From the NCBI GenBank assembly GCA_009839745.1, contig VXPE01000079.1:44762-108761 (forward strand): 64,000 nt of DNA, read 5' to 3'. This stretch comes from Candidatus Poribacteria bacterium (GTDB lineage: Bacteria; Poribacteria; WGA-4E; WGA-3G). Below, one piece after another: positions 50,437-59,940 of the stretch. Numbering within the stretch: position 1 is the first letter of the stretch; each line of letters opens with the position of its first letter. Position numbers and translations under genes: made by a program. Under the pieces are notes generated by a model. That model worked only from the letters and a program-made list of their open reading frames with translations. It had not been told where the DNA came from and did no database searches.

Positions 50437-51837
50437 ATGGCTGAAACACCACTTCATTTCAAAACGATTACCGAGATTTCGGAAGCGATTGCCTCAAAAC
50501 AGGTATCGCCTGTAGAGATTACGACTGCCCTGTTGCAGCGTATCGACGCACTTGACGGTCGATTGAAGAGTTATGCGACGGTGATGGCGGACTCCGCAAT
50601 GGCTGCCGCACAGAAGGCGGAGCAGGAGATTGACGCAGGAATGTCCCGCGGTCTGTTGCACGGTGTGCCGATCGCAGTAAAGGATCTCTGCTTTACGAAA
50701 GGTGTCCGCACGATGGGGGCGGCGAAAGTCCTCGCCGATCACGTCCCAGCGTTTGATGGCACTGTTATCACAAAGCTTAAAGCAGCGGGTGCCGTGCTGC
50801 TTGGAAAACTCAACCTGACGGAAGGCGCGATGGGTGGCTACAACCCTGAATTCGATATTCCGAAAAATCCGTGGAATCCCGACCGGTGGACAGGCTCATC
50901 GTCGAGCGGTTCCGGTGTGTCAACGGCGGCGGGGTTGTGTTTCGGTTCACTCGGCAGCGACACAGGCGGTTCCATCCGTTTCCCTTCAGCGGCGTGTGGA
51001 ATTGTCGGCATAAAACCGACGTGGGGACGAGTCAGTCGTTACGGGGTGCTCGCGCTCGCCGAGTCGATGGACCATGTCGGTCCAATGACGCGGAGTGTCG
51101 CGGATGCTGGGATTATGCTTGCGGCAATCGCTGGGTTTGACGAAAACGATCCGACTTCTCTGCCAAATCCGGTCCCTAACATGCTTGCGCGAATTGGGCA
51201 GGACCTTCAGGAGGTTCGCATCGGATTTGACGAGAACTATGCCACGAACGATATTGACGCTGAACTTGCCGAAGCCGTCTGTGCTGGTGTGGAAGTCTTA
51301 GGGGATCAAGGTGCTGAAATCGTTGAAGTGCAGCTGCCGGATGTGGCTGAATACGTCTCCGCATGGCCCACGCTGTGTTCAACAGAGGCAGTATTAGCAC
51401 ACGCCGCCACCTATCCGTCCCGACGGGAGGATTACGGTCCTTGGTTCCAAGGTTGGCTGGATATGGGCGCGAAGGCGACAGGTGCCGAATACGCAAAGGC
51501 GAACAATTTGAGAGCCGCCTGCACAGGACATCTCAGGCGGGTGTTTGAGGGGATCGATGTGCTGGTGTGTCCGTCAATGTCAGCACCCCCACACCGCGTC
51601 ACGCCAAAGATGTTGTATGGACGGTATGATGCCCGGGATCCGAAATTCCAGCGGTTCACCGTGCCGTTTGATTACAACGGGGCACCGACGCTATCTGTGC
51701 CGTGTGGCATGAACAGCGAAGGGCTACCGTTGAGCATTCAGTTTGTTGGAAAACACCTGTCAGAGCCGTTGTTGTGTCAGGTTGGACACGCTTACGAAAG
51801 TGCTACGCCGTGGCACAATCTCCATCCCGATGTTTAA
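50437..51837 (+). CDS. Amidase-signature (AS) family amidase
   Basis: GVPIAVKD and [36 protein letters not shown] (Ser-cisSer-Lys signature). Confidence 0.85.
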   Translation: [466 protein letters not shown]

Positions 51838-51902
51838 GTAGGGGCTGGGAATGTAATACAAGGAATGGATTCAGTCTACCCCCAGACTGAATCCCCCAGT
51901 CC

Positions 51903-52931
51903 CTACTTCTGCGGCAGGTGATACCCCTCTTTCGTCGTTTGGATGCTGTAGAGACAATTTTCTGCCGTGATATAGAGCGTCTTGCTCGTTTTGCCGCGTC
52001 CGAAGGCGACGTTGGTAGGCTTATCGGGGGTCTTGACATACGCCAGTTCCTCTCCTTCAGGCGTGTAGACGCGGACACCCGGACGGGTTTCATCGCGCAC
52101 CGCTACGAAGAGATTTCCTTCGGCATCGACCACCATACCGTCTGGACCGTCTTGTGGGGCGTAGTCAACCAGCACTTTTCGGAAAGTCGCTGTGCCTTCC
52201 GGTGAGAGGTCGTAGGCGAGGAGCGCCATACGTCCATTCAGGAGCGGCACATCCTCAGGAAAACTATCCATCGCACCGTTGTCATGACTGATGACATAAA
52301 GCGTCTGTTGATCAGGAGAGACCGCTATGCCGTTGGGTTTGCCAGCATCCGTGACGACGAGATGCACAGAGCCGTCTGGATCGATCCGATAGACACCAAA
52401 GATGGGCTGTTCAACGGGTTCATGCCCGGCATACCGTGGATCCGTAAAATAGATGCGTCCCTGCTCATCAATCGACAGATCGTTGGGTGAATTAAAGGGT
52501 TTTCCGTTATAGAGACCGGCAATAATTTCGCACTTACCTGTCGTCAGGTCTGTCCGAGTAATCCTACGTCCCCCGAAATCCGCGCCCTCTGCGACAACCA
52601 AGCGACCGTGCGCGTCAAATTTCGTCCCGTTCGACATCCCACTCGGAGAACGGAAAACGGTTGTTTCCCCAGTCTCTGGATTGTGTTTCCAGATGTTCCC
52701 AGCCTGCATATCCGTCTGATCGGTGAAGGTAATGTCGCTGAAATAGACTGTCCCGTCCGGCGCGACGGAGACCCCTTCCGTAAAATGTGCCTCGTTGAAG
52801 AGTTCTTTAAGCTCGGCATCCGGGGCAAAGATGGTATTGTGGCTGGCAGTGTTTCCAATCAAGGCAGGTGCTAACGCGAAACCTGCGGCAACGGCACATG
52901 CGAGCGTTTGTGACATATTTAGATTCGGCAT
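51903..52931 (-). CDS. Secreted SMP-30/gluconolactonase/LRE-family β-propeller protein
   Basis: Signal peptide. Repeated GxxYFTD / PNG(I/L)A blade motifs (YFSDIT, YFTDPRY, KPNGIAVS). Confidence 0.7.
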   Translation of the reverse strand: MPNLNMSQTLACAVAAGFALAPALIGNTASHNTIFAPDAELKELFNEAHFTEGVSVAPDGTVYFSDITFTDQTDMQAGNIWKHNPETGETTVFRSPSGMSNGTKFDAHGRLVVAEGADFGGRRITRTDLTTGKCEIIAGLYNGKPFNSPNDLSIDEQGRIYFTDPRYAGHEPVEQPIFGVYRIDPDGSVHLVVTDAGKPNGIAVSPDQQTLYVISHDNGAMDSFPEDVPLLNGRMALLAYDLSPEGTATFRKVLVDYAPQDGPDGMVVDAEGNLFVAVRDETRPGVRVYTPEGEELAYVKTPDKPTNVAFGRGKTSKTLYITAENCLYSIQTTKEGYHLPQK

Positions 52932-52993
52932 ATTCTACTCCTTCCAATTCCATGTTTTCGATGGCAAGATTCTACCACACATTCTAAACGTCG

Positions 52994-54010
52994 TCAACCC
53001 ATCGGATGCGGACCATGGGTTATCAGACCCTGTCGAGCGTGTGCGTAAACAGCATCTTGGATTTCAAGGATACGCACTGCATCGACGACCGTCGGTTCAA
53101 AGGTGCCACCGTCGCGGATTGCATCAAATGCCGCACCCATCACACCTTGAATCCTCGCGCCGTGAGAGATGTCCTCACTAAACTGGACCCCTTCGGTTGT
53201 GTGCACTTCAATCAAAGGTTCACCGTTACGACCATACTGTTCAAAGACGGATGCCTTCGTTCCAATGAATCGGAAGAAATGATCGCCACCGCGTGTCCCT
53301 GAGGGATAGTTATACCCCGATTCAATTATGCCCGTGATACCGTCTTCTGTTCGTAGGACACCGAGACCACTGTCCTCTATAACGCGGCTGTGCATGGAAT
53401 TGGACATGACCCCACCGACAACTGTAATTTCCCGATCGCCAACAAACTGAAGGAATGTGTCAATGCCGTGTGCGGCTTCGACTGCCCAACACCCACCGCC
53501 CGATATACTCGGCGTGCTATGCCAAGCCGAAGGGGTCGGATCGTAACGGGATGGGGATCGGTTGTTCAGTCTGCTGCTATAGAGGACGAGGTCCCCCAGA
53601 CTCCCATCAGCGATCATCTCTTTGACGACTCCCACGATTCGACTTGCACGATTCGGTAGCACGAGCGCGCTGAAGATGCCGTGTTTTTCGGAGGCTTCAG
53701 CGGCTGGACGTAACCGATCGGCACAATCCGCGAAGGGTTTATCCAAGAGGTAGGGGATACGCCGGTCCACGCACGCCTGTACATGGTCGGGCATCTCAAT
53801 GTGTTTTCCGGCGACGAGCGCTGCGTCCGGCTTGCTCGCTTCAAGACAGGCTGCTGCCGTCTCATATCCGGGACATTCAAAATCGTCTGACAACTGCTGT
53901 CGCGGTTCTGCTTCGGCATCCATGACACCTACGATCTCGTGTCCGAGTCCATGCGCTGTGCGTCCCATACTGCGTCCGTGGTGACTATAGGAAAGAACAA
54001 CAAGATTCAT
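52994..54010 (-). CDS. Gfo/Idh/MocA family oxidoreductase
   Basis: Rossmann N-terminus and LLDKP (EKP-like) motif. Confidence 0.75.
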   Translation of the reverse strand: MNLVVLSYSHHGRSMGRTAHGLGHEIVGVMDAEAEPRQQLSDDFECPGYETAAACLEASKPDAALVAGKHIEMPDHVQACVDRRIPYLLDKPFADCADRLRPAAEASEKHGIFSALVLPNRASRIVGVVKEMIADGSLGDLVLYSSRLNNRSPSRYDPTPSAWHSTPSISGGGCWAVEAAHGIDTFLQFVGDREITVVGGVMSNSMHSRVIEDSGLGVLRTEDGITGIIESGYNYPSGTRGGDHFFRFIGTKASVFEQYGRNGEPLIEVHTTEGVQFSEDISHGARIQGVMGAAFDAIRDGGTFEPTVVDAVRILEIQDAVYAHARQGLITHGPHPMG

Positions 54011-54226
54011 ATTTTATCTCCTTTTTTAATAGCGGTCAGTTATCAGATTCAGAGACTTCAGAGAGTTCGCAAGTTCATAAAGTTAGAAAGTTTGCAAATT
54101 ACAACAACTTAATATGCCCCTTCCCAACTTTAGATACACTTCGTGACTTCCCAACTTTGAAACTGCTATTCTCACTGGGAATCATGACAACTATTCCGCT
54201 GACGGGTGATCGCTGATCGCTGACGG

Positions 54227-56152
54227 CTATCTATAAAAAGAATACATCGGCATCCCCGTGATGAGGCGAATCAGCACCCATATACCCCCTATCATAAATT
54301 CCCCGAGAATCAGTCCTAAAAAGAGCGGATACGCTTTGCGATAGAGGCGAATCCCGCCCACCTTCAGCAATATTGTTTTGATACCCCAACTGATCAGTAT
54401 CGAAAACCACAACCGACCGATCGTTGATTTCTCACCAGCGACCATATACCCCGCAGGATGAAAGGGCCAGAACGGAAATATTGTGCGTAGCCACCAGAAG
54501 AAGCCGGTAAAAAGCGCGCCGATGCCGATAAAAATCACGGCAGGAATATCGGTGTCGACCGGGTGATATATCCAACTTTGCAAAAGGTTGTAACCACCCG
54601 TGCCGAGGTCACTTACAACACCGATATTGTATCCGACAACAAGATACGCCCAAAAGGATGCCAGAATCCCGATGACCGCGGCGAACATCATCGCCACAAT
54701 GAGCCTACCCGAGCGCATGCCTGTTTCCTCTGCGAGTTTGAAGCCTTCCAGTGTATGTGGCATCGGATGGGCGCGCGACCCACGATTGAAGGTGAGATAG
54801 AGACGCATCATCGTCAAGCTACCGTGCGAAATCAATCGAGTGCCGAAAATATCTGTGAGGATATCATGAGGCGTTGCATACGTCCGTATTGTCGGGGGTC
54901 CGACTTCAGCGCGGATCCGCGTCAGACTCATCGCTAACAGGTAATAGATTAAAAAGTAAAGCCCGATTGTCCAAAATTCCATGCCACCTTGTCGTGAGAA
55001 AGCGAATAGGAAAAACAAGCCGCACACTAACCCGATCGCCGCCCAGCGATAGCGCATCGGTTCTCTACTGTCGTCAAGGTCGCCGGGTGCCTTACGCCAT
55101 CGAAAGATATACTTGAGAATCCTAAGAAAGTAGCGGCGTCCGCCCCACAGCGCGAGACACGCAAGCACCAGATAGCCCCCCATCACCTGTTGCCAGTCAT
55201 ACGGAAACCCCGGCATAACGTCAAGCCCGATCGCGCTGCCCAGTATCCGTTGTGCTTTCCAGAACCAGTAGAAAAACCAAATTGAAAATGACATTTCCAA
55301 TGGCATCAGATACGCGAGTCCGACGGCGAACGAGCGAATATAAACCGGTGTCCACCCCATTGAACTCCACGGTTTCTGTGTGAAGTATTGACCCAGTTCA
55401 GCATGCCGCACGGGGACTTCGGGAATCTCTGGGAACAGCACATGGAGCCCGTTGATGAGGTTGATACCCCCTGCAATCGAAAACCCAAGCCACATCATAG
55501 GGGATCGGAAAAGCCGTCCGTCGAGCCTTGTCATTTCCAGCGGTAATTGCACAATCGGGTACGTCAATCGTTCATGCTCGATCCACTGCCTTCGAAGAAA
55601 AACGTCCAAGCAGATCATCACCCAGATGAGGACGGTCAGGAAGAGTGTCCACCAGAAAATCGGACGTAGCCACCCCCGCAGATGCCCCATCCTGTAGATA
55701 GTGCTCTCTCCGTCATAGAACGCCGGCAGGCTTGCCATATCGTTAGAGGTCAGCCATGCAGGGAGATACCGCCAAAACAACTGTTTCCATTCGTTTTCAG
55801 GGGTTGCAAACCAGAAAGCATCGGTTATCGTCGGGATAACGGTTTGCATCATATCGTGCCCTGCGATTGCCGAAGAGAGCGACAGCATCACGAAAACCGT
55901 CAGAAGTTCACCCTGTCTCAGCGCAAACCGTGGCAGAAACCGATTTAGCAGCAGGTTAAACGGGATGAGCACCATCAACGTGATAATCACGTTATAGATG
56001 AGGGACATCGTCGTCGGGAGAGTGCTCCAGAATTTGAGGTGGTTTGCCATGATGAAGTAGGTATTCACCGGAATCAGTAGCAAACCGAGTATGATGGCAC
56101 GAACCGTTACGCCGGGATGGAAATTTTGATTTTTTTGTGTTGCGTTTGCCAT
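54227..56152 (-). CDS. Large polytopic membrane protein, unknown family (paralog 3 of 3)
   Basis: 641 aa. Closest to paralog 1 (AIAGHDMMQTVIPTITDAFWFATPENEWKQLFWRYLPAWL; RRQWIEHERLTYPIVQLPLE; LMPLEMSFSIWFFYWFWKAQ). Confidence 0.6.
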   Translation of the reverse strand: MANATQKNQNFHPGVTVRAIILGLLLIPVNTYFIMANHLKFWSTLPTTMSLIYNVIITLMVLIPFNLLLNRFLPRFALRQGELLTVFVMLSLSSAIAGHDMMQTVIPTITDAFWFATPENEWKQLFWRYLPAWLTSNDMASLPAFYDGESTIYRMGHLRGWLRPIFWWTLFLTVLIWVMICLDVFLRRQWIEHERLTYPIVQLPLEMTRLDGRLFRSPMMWLGFSIAGGINLINGLHVLFPEIPEVPVRHAELGQYFTQKPWSSMGWTPVYIRSFAVGLAYLMPLEMSFSIWFFYWFWKAQRILGSAIGLDVMPGFPYDWQQVMGGYLVLACLALWGGRRYFLRILKYIFRWRKAPGDLDDSREPMRYRWAAIGLVCGLFFLFAFSRQGGMEFWTIGLYFLIYYLLAMSLTRIRAEVGPPTIRTYATPHDILTDIFGTRLISHGSLTMMRLYLTFNRGSRAHPMPHTLEGFKLAEETGMRSGRLIVAMMFAAVIGILASFWAYLVVGYNIGVVSDLGTGGYNLLQSWIYHPVDTDIPAVIFIGIGALFTGFFWWLRTIFPFWPFHPAGYMVAGEKSTIGRLWFSILISWGIKTILLKVGGIRLYRKAYPLFLGLILGEFMIGGIWVLIRLITGMPMYSFYR

Positions 56153-56391
56153 AAACGGTTAGGACTTTGTGGTTTATAGTGGCGGTATATTTTATTCAGC
56201 ATTGAACTGGTGATGAATTGCTATAATGGGCTTGGTTTCCTCAAAATTATGGTTTTAAGGTTAGGGCGATTTATACCAAATCTGAAAGATAAATTCGCAT
56301 TTTAGAGATTTTGAAACGTTATGAGGTTTCCGATGGCTTGGACGGGCGAGGGGACCTCGCCCCTACGAACCGGTTAGAGCACCTTCTATTA

Positions 56392-57130
56392 TCAACCCAA
56401 AAGCGACCCCTCTGAAGACGTCCTACGCGCTGAAATACTGCGATTCGCAGCGGCGTATCCAACATATGGGTATAGACGTATCACGAAGCTGCTGGTGGAA
56501 ACCGAAGGACACACCGTTGGGTATAAGCGTGTGGCTCGGTTGATGAAAGAGATGAATCTCTGGGTCTCGGTCAAGCGGGCGTGTCAAACCACCAGATCGC
56601 TTCAAGGCGATAAACCGTGGCGCAACCTGCTTCAGACCCTTGAGGTCTCTCATCCGGATCAGGTCTGGGTCGGTGATATCACCTACGTCCGTCTCAACAG
56701 ACGCTTCATCTATGTCGCTGTGCTCATGGATGTCTTTACGCGTATGATTCGAGGCTGGAACCTCAGTCAACACTTGAGTCAAGCTCTGACCTTGAAACCC
56801 TTAGAGCAAGCTTTAGACGACAGGGTTGCGAAGATCCACCCTTCTGATCAAGGCGTGCAGTATCTTTCAAATGCATATCTCTCGGTGCTCGAAGCACACG
56901 CTATTGAGATTTCAATCGATCGCAGGGGATGTCCTTGGGAGAACGGATACGCCGAAAGACTCATCCGCACACTCAAGGAAGAAGAAGTCCACCTCAACGA
57001 TTACCAAGATATTACCGAGGCTCGACAACGCATCGGGCATTTTCTCACACAGGTATATAACCACAAACGTCTCCATTCGGCGTTAGGGTATCTGACTCCT
57101 GCCGAATTTCAGAGACAAACCTTCTCTTAA
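56392..57130 (+). mobile_element. IS3-family transposase OrfB (rve/DDE integrase core) remnant, 5'-truncated, no OrfA
   Basis: …AYPTYGYRRITKLL…DQVWVGDITYV…SDQGVQY…ERLIRTLKEEEV…HSALGYLTPAEF is a classic IS3 OrfB. The reading frame opens right after an in-frame stop at about 56389, with no upstream HTH ORF. Confidence 0.7.
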
Positions 57131-57261
57131 CTTTGCGAAATTGTGGTCTAAATTAAAGGTAGCACTTCACACGCCTCTTGAAATTGGTAGGAAGGACCTC
57201 CGATTCCCGAGGCATGCACAAGCACAGCCTAACAGGCTATGCTACAAGACAGACCGCGTGC

Positions 57262-57561
57262 TTATTTGAAAATGGCAACGGCAATGGAGATAATTATGGC
57301 ACCGATAGCACAGGCAACCGTTATCCAACTCCGCACTCCCGCAATTGCATTTTGCTTACCTTTAAGCTCCGATATACCGTTCTCAACAGTGCGGAGCCGG
57401 GTATCCATCCCATCTAAACGGGTATCTACCCTATCTATACGCTGATTGACTTCATTAAAACGCTGATTGACTTCATTGAAACGCTGATTGACTTGATCAA
57501 AGTTTAATCTAACCTGATCAAAGCCATCTTTCATCACCTGATAGAGTTCTTCATTTGTCAT
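57262..57561 (-). CDS. Small coiled-coil protein with C-terminal TM helix; contains 3 tandem 21-nt repeats (QVNQRFNEVNQRFNEVNQRI)
   Basis: Repeat acgctgattgacttcatt(a/g)aa x3 at about 57440-57505. C-terminal hydrophobic helix. Confidence 0.35.
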   Translation of the reverse strand: MTNEELYQVMKDGFDQVRLNFDQVNQRFNEVNQRFNEVNQRIDRVDTRLDGMDTRLRTVENGISELKGKQNAIAGVRSWITVACAIGAIIISIAVAIFK

Positions 57562-57790
57562 TTCTTTGTTCCTTTGGTTTCTTGTTGATTATGCCAGTCC
57601 AAACTGTTTTTTAATAATTACCCCAAGTTGGTATTTACAAGATTTTCGACAGACAGTCACCCTTTTCACTGAAAACGGTTGCTTAGCTGCACGATTTTGT
57701 AGCGTATCCTGTTAGGTTACGCACAATCTTTTGCACAGACTAACAGTCTATGCTACAAAGATGGCAACTTGGGTTATTATATCACAATTC

Positions 57791-59530
57791 CTATTTCCTG
57801 TCACTTGCTTTCTTTACTCTCCTTCTTGCACGCCAATACGCAAACTGTCGGAGATAATAACTAATATTTTTCGGAATTTTTTCAAACTCTGGCACAAATG
57901 GACAGTGCCCACCAAGGACGACGAGTTCTACCTTAGCACGCGTCATCGCAACATAGAAGACACGCCGCTCCTCTGCAAGATTGTTATCACGCCGCGGGAA
58001 ACGCCGTCCCAATGTGTTATGGACGAGAATCACCTTTTCCCATTCCCTGCCCTTGGCTTTGTGGATCGTTGTCACTTCAATAGGGGTCGCGCGCCTGGCG
58101 AGCATCTCTTGAATCCGGTCGGTTTCGTAGTTCGTGCGTGCCAAAACAGCGGTTTCCTGAGATGATTTCAATTCACGGCGTAAGAGGGTTTCTACAGTCT
58201 CAGGGGTTGTCCCAACAATTTTTATGTCCTGCTGTCGCGGATTATGCGCCCGAAGGTTTTTGTTGATTCTCGGCTCATTTCGCTCAATCAAGGCTCTTGC
58301 GTGTTCAACGATCGTTGATGTAGAACGATAGTTTCGCGTGATTTCGTATTTCGCGACATCCCGTCGATCCGTGAATTCCTGCATAATTTCGGAATCCCCG
58401 CCACGAAACCCGTAAATCGCTTGGTCGTCGTCGCCGACAGCAAAGAGGTTCTCCGATAACAGTGAAATCAGTCGAAAATCAGCGGGGGAAATGTCTTGGA
58501 ATTCGTCAACGAGTAGATACGGATATGTGTCGCGGTAGGTTTGCCGAAGATCTGGACACGTTTCAAGCAGGTTCGCGGCGTGGATAATCATATCCTCGAA
58601 ATCGACAGCGTTTGCCTCGGTTTTAAGTGTTTCATATTTTACGGCAAATGCCTGCGCGACGGGGTCCTCAAGCGTTGTTGGGTCGAACAATCCGGTGGTG
58701 ACTTTGCGTTTCGCTCGCATAACGGTCTCTTTTATCTCGTTGAAGCGATCGCGGAGATTCTCAAAATCAGGGTCTCTGTCGAGGTGTGCCGTGTATGGCA
58801 TCTCAAAATGCTGACAGAACATTTCGAGAATCAGTTGGTTGCTATACTGCACTCGCAACGGATCTGCACGATTAAACACACTTGCCTGGTTTTTGTAGAA
58901 GTCAATCCAGTGTGCTTCGCGATGGTTTGCCTCTCGCCCTGGCACTCGTTCAAGCACCTCAAAAATGAAGTGGGACTCGCCTTCAGACCGGATCGCTTGT
59001 CGGAGTCTGTCGTTCGAGGAGTGCTCGAAGTGTTCCATCCGTCGCCGCTCTGGTTGTGTCGTTTGTCCGATATAGCACTTACCGGTGCTTTTGCTCTCTA
59101 TTTTATAGATAGCAACCGAAACGTTGGAGGCTTCTCGTTCAATTTGTGTCTGTTCTTGTGCGATAATCTCGTCTATCTGACCCGTCCAGATCTCAGGGAT
59201 TTGATTAAATCCTGCACGCTCATAGTTTTCAGTGATAATGTCTTTACCGAAGGCATGAAGTGTTCGGATGACAGGTTTTGATGATGTGAGTTCCCGAAGG
59301 ATTCGCGTCTCCATCTCTTCAACGGCTTTTCTATTAAAGGCAATAGCGAGGATTTGTGAAGGTGGGATGTTATGCGTCTGGACAAGGTTCAGAATCCGTG
59401 CCGTTACGACTGTCGTTTTGCCGCTACCGGGTCCCGCGATGACGATAGCAGGACCCGTGCCGTGATTCACGGCTTTTTCTTGGTTTCTATCAAGTCTCAT
59501 AAAATTCACTTCGGCATGCGCCGCACCCAT
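57791..59530 (-). CDS. UvrD/Rep-like SF1 helicase with GIY-YIG nuclease domain inserted between helicase motifs Ia and II
   Basis: VIAGPGSGKTT (motif I), LLVDEFQD (motif II), RNYRST, VTTIHKAKGREW...VAMTRAK (motifs V/VI). Inserted AIYKIESKSTGKCYIGQTTQPERRRMEHF...FIFEVLE matches GIY-YIG. Confidence 0.7.
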   Translation of the reverse strand: MGAAHAEVNFMRLDRNQEKAVNHGTGPAIVIAGPGSGKTTVVTARILNLVQTHNIPPSQILAIAFNRKAVEEMETRILRELTSSKPVIRTLHAFGKDIITENYERAGFNQIPEIWTGQIDEIIAQEQTQIEREASNVSVAIYKIESKSTGKCYIGQTTQPERRRMEHFEHSSNDRLRQAIRSEGESHFIFEVLERVPGREANHREAHWIDFYKNQASVFNRADPLRVQYSNQLILEMFCQHFEMPYTAHLDRDPDFENLRDRFNEIKETVMRAKRKVTTGLFDPTTLEDPVAQAFAVKYETLKTEANAVDFEDMIIHAANLLETCPDLRQTYRDTYPYLLVDEFQDISPADFRLISLLSENLFAVGDDDQAIYGFRGGDSEIMQEFTDRRDVAKYEITRNYRSTSTIVEHARALIERNEPRINKNLRAHNPRQQDIKIVGTTPETVETLLRRELKSSQETAVLARTNYETDRIQEMLARRATPIEVTTIHKAKGREWEKVILVHNTLGRRFPRRDNNLAEERRVFYVAMTRAKVELVVLGGHCPFVPEFEKIPKNISYYLRQFAYWRARRRVKKASDRK

Positions 59531-59940
59531 AGCAGTAACGCCACATTCATCGCGCCAATAAAGCCGAAAACATAGGATTGGATGCCTACTAACGTGTCAA
59601 CGGATCGGATCAGGAAAGGACAAAGAATCGGTAAGCCGAGTGCCACACAGGTGTAAAAGGTCAGAAGTTTTGCACCTTTCGCTTCCCAGAAGGTTATCTG
59701 CCGCCTTAAAACCTGTAGATACGATTGATCCCATAGACGAGATGTCCACTTCCCCTGCATGAAACCTAAACCGATGCCTAAGCCGTAGCCGAAACTCGAC
59801 CATCGGAGATCAATTCGCACATCCTGTGAAACGATAAACGCCCAAAGCAGTTGTCCTAACACCGAAAGAACGATGAATGCCCAGAAGACAGGCAATTTCA
59901 TATAAAATGGGAGTAGCCGCCGATATAACTTATTTGGCAT
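59506..59940 (-). CDS. Hypothetical small membrane protein
   Basis: 144 aa with 3-4 hydrophobic helices. No family recognised. Confidence 0.3.
   Translation of the reverse strand: MPNKLYRRLLPFYMKLPVFWAFIVLSVLGQLLWAFIVSQDVRIDLRWSSFGYGLGIGLGFMQGKWTSRLWDQSYLQVLRRQITFWEAKGAKLLTFYTCVALGLPILCPFLIRSVDTLVGIQSYVFGFIGAMNVALLLWVRRMPK

Noticed and set aside
56153-56391. IS3 OrfA (HTH transposase N-terminal ORF) upstream of OrfB
   Set aside because: No ORF with an HTH-like sequence or a -1 frameshift motif (A6G/A7) is visible. The OrfB frame opens directly after a stop, so the element is a truncated remnant.
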